NCBI GenBank assembly: GCA_045643125.1
Contig: JAZUKE010000036.1
Location: 1,318 to 65,317 of the forward strand
DNA: 64,000 nt
Reading direction: 5' to 3'
DNA from: Eubacteriales bacterium
GTDB taxonomy: Bacteria; Bacillota; Clostridia; Oscillospirales; CAG-382
The notes beneath the pieces were generated by a model. It was not told the origin of the DNA and ran no database searches. It saw nothing but the letters and a program-made list of their open reading frames with translations. Position numbers and translations under genes: made by a program. How positions within the stretch are numbered: the stretch's first letter is position 1; each line of letters begins with the position of its first letter. Shown piece after piece: positions 35,401 to 44,410 of this stretch.

Positions 35401-35623
35401 ATTCACGGTAGGTACGGTTGGGCAGACGGTCAAACGTAAGGATCTCGGTATTGAGATTTGCTTTGCTTCCGAGAAAAGCGAAAACGTCTTTTTCGTATTC
35501 CATCGACTGCTGTACGGGAACGATGACGACGCAGGGAACGCCGAGAGACACCTTTTCTTCAAGAAGCGTCCGTATATATTCGGTTTTTCCGCTTCCGGCT
35601 CTGCCGATTATTCTGTACAGCAT
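32411..35623 (-). CDS. addB: ATP-dependent helicase/nuclease subunit B (AddB)
   Basis: 1070 aa from the ATG at 35623 with an AGAGGTG RBS. N-terminal GRAGSGKT, a C-terminal nuclease (DRVD...DYKTG), and Fe-S cluster cysteines (YCPF...; CRYCSFKTMC). Confidence 0.9.
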   Translation of the reverse strand: MLYRIIGRAGSGKTEYIRTLLEEKVSLGVPCVVIVPVQQSMEYEKDVFAFLGSKANLNTEILTFDRLPNRTYREYGGLAVSYADEGGRALLMSAAAENVKEKLVSFRNVSEENTFILKMLDTSRLLKENGLDVSSLARGGISPRTSAKAAETSLILGEYETLLKNGLGDSRDILTLYAESLKTMPFFRGKTVFVDSFNSFTEQQHTVLDRIASQCDDMYVSLCFDKDDRSGTFSSPFVSYERLSRHNKARDIVLGESRRYAKESLKHIEANLWNNCASETPDDGGLEFIRCADKFAESEAASSAITKLTRNGYRYKDIAVIARSPDTYSGIIDTVLEKHGISCFFSSGESLLIKPLVSFVLSSLEAYENNYPLPAMKRIIKSGYLPLSEREAEALVRYAEKWNIRGKNWINGKEWLMNPSGYKTTPNRYEEFTLSLVNSAREKTVGVLSAFDAELKNVKTASDGAKAVYFLLEEVNASEKLRSNALSLKKSGDEAASRRLVRLWDVVINCLDQLYNIAGEREMSVSKLRARLELMLGEYSLGTPPAFCDSVVIGGASVFRGASPKAVILLGANDGVFPASPSLASVFDESEIKELEKSGLYFEESFDNRLDNEKLFFYTACALPSEKLICIYTASDESRPSVGALRLMALCPDAKVTDFSKDASSFIFSPSSAGENASFADPLSRELLASKGIDDVKRVKENPLCFAKAKIKTPKTETMKISPSRMERYAYCPFSYFGRYVLGLDENRKAEFGSAEIGDFIHSLLKVFVSENVKDGVFVSPDDADIAKRVDGFTDTYMFELCGESAGSKRFAYTVSRLKTTLRLLLRNVSDELASSDFVPVGFEIPSSDAGCVYVTERGMKLRLNGRIDRVDEYKKNGRTYVRITDYKTGSKTFDRKALDYGLDMQMLLYMFAYNSSRGDASPAAVLYLPAKLEKIGTDGRTDMDELSDEIDKNFKRIGLVTDDIEIINSLEKGDKKRYIPVSINKNGELNLRNASLESAEGFGKLKNKTENCLKKLASLIADGEMNVSPVCLSESYDACRYCSFKTMCRLAGDISVRCKKGIAEDENDG

Positions 35624-35636
35624 CGTTTTCACCTCT

Positions 35637-36215
35637 CTATCTGAACAATTCCAATATTTTGAGTTTAATTTTGTGTGTTATCCCTTTTCCGGTGCAGACC
35701 TTTGCCGCATCCGGCGACACTTTGGTTATCACCGACGACGCACCGAGACAAAGCGGCGGGAACAGAACGCACCACCAGTTATGTCCTTCGGCTTTGCCGA
35801 GCTTTACGCGCACCGAAAGATACCTGCCTGCCGGAAAAGTACAGCCGTCGTAGATGCGCGTCGGGTAATCCTCGCTCGAAAAAAAGACCTCCGAACGGTA
35901 ATCGAACCCGTTGTCGCTCAAGACGGAATCGGCGATCTTTTTGAGTTCGCCGCACGACGAAGCGGCAATAACGCGGGCTTCGTCTATATCGCTTCCGTCG
36001 AAAAGTCCGGGAGCGTTTTTAAGTATCGCATCCCTCACGAGCAGTTTTACCGCCTGGTCTTCTTCGCTGTCGGAGTCTGCTATAACGTGAAGGCGTATTA
36101 TGCCGTCATAGATCTTTTCTTCATCGAACGGCAGGATAGCTTCGCAGACAAACGTGATAAGTACGCAAAGTGCAAGAGTGAGCGCAAATGACAATGTGAA
36201 TTTTCTTTTTTCCAT
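35637..36215 (-). CDS. spoIIR: stage II sporulation protein R
   Basis: 192 aa. N-terminal signal/anchor, IRLHVIADSDSEEDQAVKLLVRDAIL and GHNWWCVLFPPLC, the hallmark SpoIIR blocks. Confidence 0.85.
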   Translation of the reverse strand: MEKRKFTLSFALTLALCVLITFVCEAILPFDEEKIYDGIIRLHVIADSDSEEDQAVKLLVRDAILKNAPGLFDGSDIDEARVIAASSCGELKKIADSVLSDNGFDYRSEVFFSSEDYPTRIYDGCTFPAGRYLSVRVKLGKAEGHNWWCVLFPPLCLGASSVITKVSPDAAKVCTGKGITHKIKLKILELFR

Positions 36216-36254
36216 TTTTTACCACCTCGTCAATGATTATTGACGGCGAGGCAG

Positions 36255-37088
36255 TTATTTATTCAGGCTTTGTACGGATGACGCAAAAAATCCTTCTTCC
36301 GCAAGTCTTTCGGCTGCTTTGTCGGCGAGCGCCTTGGTTTCAAAGATGCCGAAAACGCCGGTGCCGCTGCCCGTGAGCATCGAATTGAGCGCACCGAAGG
36401 AAATGAGCTTTTCTTTTATTTCACCGCATTCGGGGCAGAGGGCGCAGCACACTCCGTCAAAGTCATTATGTAAACTTGATGCGATGCCGGATACGTCCGA
36501 ATTTTCAATATATTCTACTGCTTTATCGCTGTTTCCGCCACCGATATTATGTTTATCTATTTCTTCAAACATCGCTTTGGTCGATGCCCCGCTGTGCGCG
36601 GCGCTGACGCATAGGTACATCGTCGGGGCAGTATGTTTTTCAAGCACTTCGCCGATCCCGGTACAGCGGCTCGTTCCGCCTTCGACGAGGAACGGAACGT
36701 CAGCTCCGAGACGGAGCGCAAGGCTTCGCAGTTCGTCGTAAGAAAGCGACGTGCCGTAAAGCCTGTCAAGACCGCGAAGTGACGCGGCTGCGTCGGCGCT
36801 TCCTCCGCCGAAGCCTCCGCAGACGGGGATATGCTTTTCGATCTTTATATGCACTCCGCCGGAAATCGCAGTTTTTTCAAAAAACAGTCTTGCCGCCTTG
36901 TGGCATATATTGTCTTCGCCGGAAAGGCTGCCGCATTCGACGGTGATATCGTCCGCTTTTTCAAAAGCCAGGGTGTCGAAAAGCGAAACGGTCTGCATAA
37001 CGGTATCGAGCGTGTGATATCCGTCTGCCCGTTTTCCGGTGATATTGAGTGTAAGGTTGATTTTGGCGTAAGCGTATTCTGTTATCAT
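36255..37088 (-). CDS. ispE: 4-(cytidine 5'-diphospho)-2-C-methyl-D-erythritol kinase
   Basis: 277 aa. AKINLTLNI, the GHMP-kinase motif IPVCGGFGGGSADAAA, and MTGSGTGVFG. Confidence 0.92.
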   Translation of the reverse strand: MITEYAYAKINLTLNITGKRADGYHTLDTVMQTVSLFDTLAFEKADDITVECGSLSGEDNICHKAARLFFEKTAISGGVHIKIEKHIPVCGGFGGGSADAAASLRGLDRLYGTSLSYDELRSLALRLGADVPFLVEGGTSRCTGIGEVLEKHTAPTMYLCVSAAHSGASTKAMFEEIDKHNIGGGNSDKAVEYIENSDVSGIASSLHNDFDGVCCALCPECGEIKEKLISFGALNSMLTGSGTGVFGIFETKALADKAAERLAEEGFFASSVQSLNK

Positions 37089-37915
37089 ATATCCCGGTAC
37101 ACCGGCTTCCTTTCGCGGAATGTGCAGATGTGGTCAAAGCCGATTTCTTTGAGAAGAGCGTAAACGTTTCCGATATCGGCGCCGATATCGCAGGCGTAAT
37201 GTGCGTCGGAACCGACGGTGATGTGTTCTCCGCCAAGCTCGCGGTAGAATCTGATAAGGTCTATCTGAGGGAACGTAGTGCCGTCGCGCTGACGAAGCCC
37301 CGATGTATTGACTTCGAGACAGATACCTTTTTCGATAATGCGTTTAAGGATCGGCTCGAATATTTCTCTGCCGTTTTCAAACACTTTTATCACGTGTTCC
37401 CTGCCGTTGCGGTGAAAATAGCGGTAAGGATATGTGATATGTGCAAGGGTGTCTATGTTGCCGTATTCGATAAGCTCCTTCATTTCGACAAGGTACAGGT
37501 CCCACGCGCGTTTGAGCATCGCGTCGCTCATATTTTCGTATTCCATATCCGAATAATCGGGAAATTCGCGCACGCGGTGTACCGAGCCGACTATGAAATC
37601 GTGCTTGTATTCCGACAGTACTTTTTTCGCCCTTTCAAGGTCGTGGCAGGGCTGTGCAAGCTCGACGCCGTAGATGACTTCGATTTTTCCGGCGTATTTT
37701 TCGCGTGCGGCAGTTATGTCGCGCCTTATTCCTTCGTTGTCAAGCGGCGGATATACGTTGCCCATCAGCTGGTCTATTTCAAGATGATCGGTGACGGCAA
37801 GGGAGCCGAGCCCGAGTTCGCACGCTCTTGCGTACATTCCGTCTATCGACGCGCCGCGCGTCTTATCGACGTCGCCCGAATATATCGAGTGGCAGTGAGA
37901 ATCGTGAATGGTCAT
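37085..37915 (-). CDS. PHP-domain phosphoesterase (HisJ-family histidinol-phosphatase-like)
   Basis: 276 aa. N-terminal DSHCHSIYSGD, internal GSVH and AHITYP, and C-terminal GSDAH, the PHP metal-ligand pattern. ATGA overlap with ispE. Confidence 0.75.
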   Translation of the reverse strand: MTIHDSHCHSIYSGDVDKTRGASIDGMYARACELGLGSLAVTDHLEIDQLMGNVYPPLDNEGIRRDITAAREKYAGKIEVIYGVELAQPCHDLERAKKVLSEYKHDFIVGSVHRVREFPDYSDMEYENMSDAMLKRAWDLYLVEMKELIEYGNIDTLAHITYPYRYFHRNGREHVIKVFENGREIFEPILKRIIEKGICLEVNTSGLRQRDGTTFPQIDLIRFYRELGGEHITVGSDAHYACDIGADIGNVYALLKEIGFDHICTFRERKPVYRDI

Positions 37916-37933
37916 TTGGATATATGCCTTCTT

Positions 37934-40900
37934 TCAGAAAAAAGTGATCTGGTTCGTTTCGGGAAGATCGCCCACGCAGTTTCTTGATTTGAGAAGCTCG
38001 AGCACCGATTTTGATATTCCCGATTTGGTTTTGAGTTCTTCGAGGTTTGAAACACCGCTTTTCACGGCTTCTTCAAGGTTGATTGCCGCGGCTTCGCCGA
38101 GTCCGGGAAGCGCGATGAACGGAAGACGTATCTTTCCGTTTTCGGGGACGAACGCCTTTGCCTTTGATTTGAAGACGTCAACGGGCAGAAAATACACGCC
38201 TCTTGCCGTCATTTCGTTGATTATCTGCAGACAGTTGAAGATGTTGTCGTCCTTTGCGGTGGTATCGGTCTCTTCGTCCATCTTTTTGAGCGTTTCCATC
38301 ATTTTCTTTTTGGAAAGCAGCGCAAGGTCGTAATCTATGCCGTCGGGACGCGCCGTAAAATAGGTGGCGTAAAACTCAACGGGATGATACACCTTGAACC
38401 ACGCAAGTCTGAGCGCCGCGATAACGTAAGCGGCGGCGTGCGCTTTTGGAAACATATACTTTATCTTGCGGCACGACGCGATATACCATTCCGGCACGTC
38501 GTGGGCAAGCATTTCTTTTTCATAGTCGTCGCTGACGCCTTTGCCTTTACGGACGGATTCCATTATCTTGAACGCAGACGACGGTTCAAGATGCTTGGAA
38601 AGCAGATACAGCATTATCGAGTCACGCGTACCGATAATGGTGTCGATCGTGCATATCCCGCTTTTGATAAGCTCGTCGCCGTTGCCGAGCCATATCCCCG
38701 TACCATGGGAAAGTCCCGATATCTGAAGCAGGTCGGAAAAACGCTTTGGCTTTGCGTCCATCATCATTCCGCGGACGTAGGGAGTGCCCATTTCGGGAAG
38801 CCCCAGAGTGCCGGTCTCGCAGTTGTAAAGGTCGTCCGGCTCGATTCCGAGCGCTTTCGGCGACGTGAAGAGCGTCATTACGTTCTTGTCGTTCATCGGG
38901 ACGGAAAGCACGTCGATGCCGGTGTATTCCTGAAGCACCTTATACATCGTCGGCACATCGTGTCCGAGCATATCGAGCTTGAGTATCGTATCGTGCAGAT
39001 AAACGAACGCGAAGTGAGTCGTTACGACGTCGCTCGACTCCTTGTCTGCAGGATGCTGAACGGGCGAAAAATCGTACACGTCGTACTGCTTGGGAACGAC
39101 GATTATTCCGCCCGGGTGCTGTCCCGTGGTGCGCTTTATTCCCACACAGCCTTCGGTAAGACGGTTGATCTCGGCTTTTGAAAGCATCATTCCCTGCTCT
39201 TCAAGGAATTTGCGTACATAGCCGTAAGCCGTCTTGGAAGCGATCGTGCCTACCGTACCGGCACGGAATATGTTTTCTTTGCCGAAAAGCACTTCGGTGT
39301 ATTTATGGGCGTCCGACTGAACGTCGCCCGAGAAGTTGAGGTCGATATCGGGAGCCTTGTCCCCCTTGAAGCCGAGGAAGGTCTCGAACGGGATATCGTG
39401 TCCGTCGCAGATCATCGGAGTTCCGCATTCGGGGCAGTCCTTGTCGTCCATATCGAAGCCGCTTCCGTAAGTTCCGTCGGTGAAAAATTCACTGTGACGG
39501 CATTTCGGGCAGCGGTAATGCGGAGGCAGCGGGTTTACTTCGGAAATATCGGCGAGCATCGCTATGACGGACGAGCCGACCGAGCCTCGGGAGCCGACGA
39601 GGTAGCCCTTGCTTTCGGAGTTCTGGACGAGTTTTCGCGCTATTATGTAAAGGACGGCAAAGCCGTGCTTGATTATTGCGTCAAGCTCGCGGTTCATACG
39701 CTTTTCGACGATCTCGGGCAGCGGATCGCCGTACATACGGCACGCCTTTTCCTTGCAGCAGGTAATGAGTTCTTCTTCGGCACCCTCGATCTCCGGCGTG
39801 TACTTTCCGTCGGGGATGGGACGTATGCCGTTTTCGATAAGGCTTGCGATAAGGCGCGTATTGGTGACTACCACTTCGTATGCTCTGTCGCCGAGATAGG
39901 CGAATTCATCAAGCATTTCCTTTGTGGTTTTGAGATACATCCTCGTCGGACGCATCGCGTCCTTGTATTTCTGACTGTGTTTGAGTATCTGACGGTATAT
40001 TTCGTCGTCGGGCGTCATAAAATGCACGTCGCCGGTGGCAACGCACGGCTTATGGAGCCTGTCCGCTATTTCAAGGATGCGTTTGTTGATGCGTTCGAGG
40101 TCGGCAGTGCCTTTGACAGTCCCTTCGTCAATGAGAAAACTGTTGTTGGAGTGCGGCATTATCTCGAAATAATCGTAAAACGATGCCGTTTTGAGCTGAT
40201 CGGAATAACTGCGGTCGTTCAGTACCATCTGATACACTTCGCCCGATTCGCACGCCGAGCCGAGAATGAGTCCCTCGCGGTAGGTCTGAAGCACCGTTTT
40301 GGGAATGAGCGGGCTTTTATAGTAATAATTGAGGTACGAGAACGAAATGAGCTTATACAGATTCTTAACGCCCGCCTGAGTACGCGCAAGGATCGAAATA
40401 TGGTGAGGACGCAGCTTTCGCGGGTCGGATTTGGACGCCATTTCGTTTACCATAGCGTTCACGGTGCCGACACCGTCCGGCTCCATCTTTTTTATCATAC
40501 AGTTGAATATCTCGGCAAGCATCTTGCAGTCGTCGCACGCTCTGTGGTGGTTGAATTCACCGAGTTTGTAATAATCGCGCAGCGTATCGAGCTTGTGATT
40601 CTTTGAATCAGGGTTGATGTGCTGCGACACGGCGACGGTATCGAGATAAGCGTTTGCAAAGGGTATCTTGTTGTCGGTACAGACTTTTCTGATAAAGCCC
40701 ACGTCGAAGTTTGCGTTATGCGCGACGAGCATAGTGTCGCCCGCAAAATCAAGGAACATTTTTACCGCTTCCGCAGGTGACGGAGCGTCTTTTACCATTT
40801 CGTCGGTGATGCCGGTGAGCTGTACGATCTTTTCGGGGATGGGCATACCGGGATTCACGAAGGTGTCGAACGTGTCCGTGACTTCGCCCGCGCAGTATTT

Positions 40901-42283
40901 TACGGCGCCTATTTCGGTAATGGCGCAGGTGAGCGGAGAAAGTCCGGTAGTCTCTATATCGAAAACGGTAAAAACACCGTCGGAAAACGAAATATCGTTT
41001 TCGCTTTTGAATTCAAACACGGCTCTTGCCGTATCGTCGACAAGATACCCCTCCATACCGTATATCGGCTTGACGTTCGGGTGCTTGTCCGCTTCCCTCA
41101 TAATTTCAGGGAAAGCCTGCACGTTTCCGTGGTCTGTCACCGCTATGGCGGGCATACCCCATCTGTCGGCGGTCTTTATGACGTCGGCGGGATCGCAGAG
41201 CGCGTCGTTCGCGGAAAGTGTGGTGTGCAGATGCAGTTCGACTCTCGTTTCGTCGGCGTCGTCTTTTGAAAGTATCTCCTTGACCTTATAAAGCGTATTC
41301 ACTCTGACAAGCACTTCGCCGTCGAATTTATCTATGGCGGGGCTTCCGCAGACGAGAAGCGCGGCACCGGGTTTGGGAGCGGCAAAGCCCGCCTCCTTAT
41401 CAACGACCAACCTCAGCGTCATCGACGAATCGAGGTCTGTCACCCACATTTTGTACGTTATCTTGGTGCCTTCACGGTTTTCCTTGTCCTCTATCTGGAA
41501 CAGTCTGCAGAGGAAGGCGCAGCGTTTATCCGGCTCTATCTGACGGATGGCGATTATCTTTGCGCTGCTTTCGTTGCCGTAAAGCAGTTCTTTTTCGGCG
41601 ATATTGAATTTGAGCCTGCCGGCGCAGAACACCGTGCCGTCGTCGTTTTTCGTCAGCACTTCCCCGTCTACCGGCGAAAATGCGCGGTTATCGCAGCCTT
41701 CGGGAGTTGCCATATCGTTTCGCGGAGCGTTTTTGAGTTCTTTTATGTAATTGTCCTGTGCTTCCTTACGGAGTTTTATTTCGGCATCGGAGATGAAATC
41801 GAGCTTTACGTTGCCCTTGAACACCACTTTTATATGCGTCCCGAAACGGGCAAGCACCGCGTCCTCGAAAAATTTGTCTATCTTGTTTTCGATAAGGCGC
41901 GACGAAAGACCGTCACGCAGCGTGACGGTGAGCGTAAAGCCGTCAAAGGACGTATCGTATTCTTCGAGAAAGCCATGAACATATCCGTCGCCGTGGTAAA
42001 GCAGCAGCGTATGCACAAGCTCCGGAACATAGGACGCATCAAAGGTACAGCCTTTGAAAACGGGATATATGCGGCAATCGCTTATCCCGTAAGCGTCTCT
42101 TATGCCCGTCTCGACGGAATACAGCCCGTCACTCGGTACAATACGGGAAAAGTCGGCATTACATTCGACCGACTTTTCTTCTTTATTCACTCTGACCGAA
42201 AAAGCCGTAATCGCCCGTATAACGTCCATATCCTGTTCGGTGGGCGTATATCTGGGGAATTTGCGGAGGAATTCATCCGTCAT
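37934..42283 (-). CDS. polC: DNA polymerase III PolC-type (with intrinsic 3'-5' exonuclease)
   Basis: 1449 aa. PHP domain (LHLHTTLSANDA), DnaQ-like exonuclease insert (FDIETTGL...HNANFDVGF...HRACDD), a zinc-finger CPKC...CPEC, and the polymerase core. Confidence 0.97.
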   Translation of the reverse strand: MTDEFLRKFPRYTPTEQDMDVIRAITAFSVRVNKEEKSVECNADFSRIVPSDGLYSVETGIRDAYGISDCRIYPVFKGCTFDASYVPELVHTLLLYHGDGYVHGFLEEYDTSFDGFTLTVTLRDGLSSRLIENKIDKFFEDAVLARFGTHIKVVFKGNVKLDFISDAEIKLRKEAQDNYIKELKNAPRNDMATPEGCDNRAFSPVDGEVLTKNDDGTVFCAGRLKFNIAEKELLYGNESSAKIIAIRQIEPDKRCAFLCRLFQIEDKENREGTKITYKMWVTDLDSSMTLRLVVDKEAGFAAPKPGAALLVCGSPAIDKFDGEVLVRVNTLYKVKEILSKDDADETRVELHLHTTLSANDALCDPADVIKTADRWGMPAIAVTDHGNVQAFPEIMREADKHPNVKPIYGMEGYLVDDTARAVFEFKSENDISFSDGVFTVFDIETTGLSPLTCAITEIGAVKYCAGEVTDTFDTFVNPGMPIPEKIVQLTGITDEMVKDAPSPAEAVKMFLDFAGDTMLVAHNANFDVGFIRKVCTDNKIPFANAYLDTVAVSQHINPDSKNHKLDTLRDYYKLGEFNHHRACDDCKMLAEIFNCMIKKMEPDGVGTVNAMVNEMASKSDPRKLRPHHISILARTQAGVKNLYKLISFSYLNYYYKSPLIPKTVLQTYREGLILGSACESGEVYQMVLNDRSYSDQLKTASFYDYFEIMPHSNNSFLIDEGTVKGTADLERINKRILEIADRLHKPCVATGDVHFMTPDDEIYRQILKHSQKYKDAMRPTRMYLKTTKEMLDEFAYLGDRAYEVVVTNTRLIASLIENGIRPIPDGKYTPEIEGAEEELITCCKEKACRMYGDPLPEIVEKRMNRELDAIIKHGFAVLYIIARKLVQNSESKGYLVGSRGSVGSSVIAMLADISEVNPLPPHYRCPKCRHSEFFTDGTYGSGFDMDDKDCPECGTPMICDGHDIPFETFLGFKGDKAPDIDLNFSGDVQSDAHKYTEVLFGKENIFRAGTVGTIASKTAYGYVRKFLEEQGMMLSKAEINRLTEGCVGIKRTTGQHPGGIIVVPKQYDVYDFSPVQHPADKESSDVVTTHFAFVYLHDTILKLDMLGHDVPTMYKVLQEYTGIDVLSVPMNDKNVMTLFTSPKALGIEPDDLYNCETGTLGLPEMGTPYVRGMMMDAKPKRFSDLLQISGLSHGTGIWLGNGDELIKSGICTIDTIIGTRDSIMLYLLSKHLEPSSAFKIMESVRKGKGVSDDYEKEMLAHDVPEWYIASCRKIKYMFPKAHAAAYVIAALRLAWFKVYHPVEFYATYFTARPDGIDYDLALLSKKKMMETLKKMDEETDTTAKDDNIFNCLQIINEMTARGVYFLPVDVFKSKAKAFVPENGKIRLPFIALPGLGEAAAINLEEAVKSGVSNLEELKTKSGISKSVLELLKSRNCVGDLPETNQITFF

Positions 42284-43329
42284 ATCATTTTCCTAACTTC
42301 GTCTGCAAGTGTTTTGACTATCTCGTTTTCCGGCACCTTGCGGTCGGGCACTCCCTTGAAGAAAAGCGTGCCTTCGCCGAGTCCGCCGGCGATGCCGACG
42401 TCGGCTTCACGCGCTTCGCCGGGGCCGTTCACGACACAGCCCATAAGCGCGACCTTGATGGTTTTTGTGACTTTTATGCCTTTAAGCTCTTTTTCGAGCT
42501 GTTTTGCAAGAGGTATCAGATCTATCTTCGTTCTGCCGCAGGTCGGGCAGGACACTATTTCGATATGCGGACGCAGGTCGAGCGAATAAAGCAGTCTGTA
42601 AGCCGCTTCGACCTCTTTCACCACGTTTTCGGTAAGCGACACGCGGATAGTGTCGCCGATGCCGTCGGCAAGCAGTGCGCCGATACCGACCGAAGACTTG
42701 ATGAGTGCCTGATTTCCTCTGCCCGCTTCGGTCACTCCGAGATGGAGAGGATATGTACATTGCTGCGCGATAAGGCGGTTTGCGGCGATCATATTTCGGA
42801 CGTCGGACGATTTGACCGAAATGACTATGTTGTCAAAATCGTATCTTTCGAGCTGTCTGCAGGCGTTGAACGCCGATTTTGCTATCGCTTCGGGAGTGAC
42901 GGAGCCGTATTCGGCAAGAATGTCTTTTTCGAGCGAGCCGCTGTTGACGCCTATGCGGATGGGGATATTGTGTCTGTTGCAGGCGTCGCAGACCTTTTTC
43001 ACTCTGTCGGTGTCGCCGATATTACCGGGATTGATGCGTATTTTGTCTATTCCCGCTTCAGCCGCTTCAAGCGCAAGACGGTAGTCGAAATGAATGTCCG
43101 CGACAAGCGGTACGGAAACGTGTTCTTTGAAATATGCGATATTCTTTGCCGCGTCAAGCGTATTAACGGTAAAACGTACTATCTCGCAGCCCGCTTTTTC
43201 AAGTTTTTTGATCTGGGCAAGCGTCGCTTTGCGGTCAGCGGTATCGCTGTTTGTCATTGATTGGACGGCAACGGGATTTCCGCCGCCGATGCTCACCGAG
43301 CCGATTTTTATTACTTTTGATTCTCTCAT
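42280..43329 (-). CDS. ispG: 4-hydroxy-3-methylbut-2-en-1-yl diphosphate synthase
   Basis: 349 aa from the ATG at 43329, 1 nt after the rseP stop. VAVQSMTN, LVADIHFD, RINPGNIG, and [4Fe-4S] cysteines SCPTCGR...GCVVNGPGE. Confidence 0.93.
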   Translation of the reverse strand: MRESKVIKIGSVSIGGGNPVAVQSMTNSDTADRKATLAQIKKLEKAGCEIVRFTVNTLDAAKNIAYFKEHVSVPLVADIHFDYRLALEAAEAGIDKIRINPGNIGDTDRVKKVCDACNRHNIPIRIGVNSGSLEKDILAEYGSVTPEAIAKSAFNACRQLERYDFDNIVISVKSSDVRNMIAANRLIAQQCTYPLHLGVTEAGRGNQALIKSSVGIGALLADGIGDTIRVSLTENVVKEVEAAYRLLYSLDLRPHIEIVSCPTCGRTKIDLIPLAKQLEKELKGIKVTKTIKVALMGCVVNGPGEAREADVGIAGGLGEGTLFFKGVPDRKVPENEIVKTLADEVRKMI

Positions 43330-43330
43330 A

Positions 43331-44410
43331 TCAGAAAAGCCCCACAACGTCTTTTATTGTAATGAATAACATAAATCCGAGCAGAAGTATCATACAAGCC
43401 GCGCTTACGGCAGATTCCAGCTTGGGATTGAGCGGTTTGCGGCGTATCGCTTCGATAAGATAGATCACCACTCTGCCGCCGTCAAGCACGGGCAGCGGAA
43501 GCAGGTTGCATATACCGAGGCTGACGGAAATAAGGACAGCCATAGTCGAAAGGTTTACGACGGTCTCGCCGATATCCTCCGACATTTCGACGATCTCGCC
43601 TATCTGTTCGCCGACACCGACGGGTCCCGACACGGCTTCCCAACCGTACTGTCCCGAAAAGGTGCGTACAAGCGACTCGATCGTGGATTTTAGGAAGGAA
43701 ACGGGCTGCCAAAACGCCTGATACATCACTTCGCCGAAATCCTTTTCGACACGATAAATGGTAAAATCTATCGTTCCCATTGCGATGCCCTGTGTGACCT
43801 CCGACGGGAACTGCACGTTCAGCGTGACGATCTCGCCGTTTCGTTTCACCTTGACTTCGAGCGGATCCTTTCCGCGCATCGCAACGACGGTGGTAAGGTC
43901 GTAGGTGACGTGGATCGGAGTACCGTCGATCTCGATGATCTCATCGTTTTCCATAAGTCCGCACTGCTTCGTTACGGCACCTTCCTGAAAACGCGCCACG
44001 GTAGTGCTGCCTATCCTCGATGCGGGAAGGCAGGCAATGACTATCGTCATAACGACGAAAGCAAGCAGGATATTCGTAAGCGGTCCCGCAAGTACCACGA
44101 GAAGACGCTGCCAGATCGGTTTTCGATTGAGTCCGACCTTGCCTTCGTCACCGGGCTGCGGCTCGTCGTCGGCTGCTTCGCCGACCATTGAAACGTAGCC
44201 GCCTATGGGAAGCCAGCGCAGCGATATATCGTTGTGTTTGCCCTTCCATGTATGAACGGCAGGCCCCATACCGACCGAGAACTCGCGTATGCCGACGCCG
44301 AAAATGCGCGCCACCGTATAGTGACCGAGTTCGTGAAGCGTTATGAGCAGGCCGAAGATGAAAAGGGTGAGGATTATCGTCCATACCGACGAGAACACGG
44401 ATCCAAGCAT
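43331..44410 (-). CDS. rseP: RIP (site-2) zinc metalloprotease RseP/RasP
   Basis: 359 aa. HELGHY motif in TM1, a central PDZ-like segment, and a C-terminal NLLPLPVLDGG motif. Confidence 0.9.
   Translation of the reverse strand: MLGSVFSSVWTIILTLFIFGLLITLHELGHYTVARIFGVGIREFSVGMGPAVHTWKGKHNDISLRWLPIGGYVSMVGEAADDEPQPGDEGKVGLNRKPIWQRLLVVLAGPLTNILLAFVVMTIVIACLPASRIGSTTVARFQEGAVTKQCGLMENDEIIEIDGTPIHVTYDLTTVVAMRGKDPLEVKVKRNGEIVTLNVQFPSEVTQGIAMGTIDFTIYRVEKDFGEVMYQAFWQPVSFLKSTIESLVRTFSGQYGWEAVSGPVGVGEQIGEIVEMSEDIGETVVNLSTMAVLISVSLGICNLLPLPVLDGGRVVIYLIEAIRRKPLNPKLESAVSAACMILLLGFMLFITIKDVVGLF

Noticed and set aside
28879-35623. AddAB as part of a phage-defence island.
   Set aside because: It has the standard Firmicute RecBCD-analogue architecture and motifs. 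It is flanked by spoIIR, ispE and pfkA, with no restriction, abortive-infection or mobile-element genes nearby. Only the coupled 96-aa ORF is unusual.
36216-36254. Terminator between ispE and spoIIR.
   Set aside because: The hairpin is imperfect (a 3-nt bulge, with 5 + 3 bp) and has no U-tract on the transcribed strand. It is not listed as a feature.
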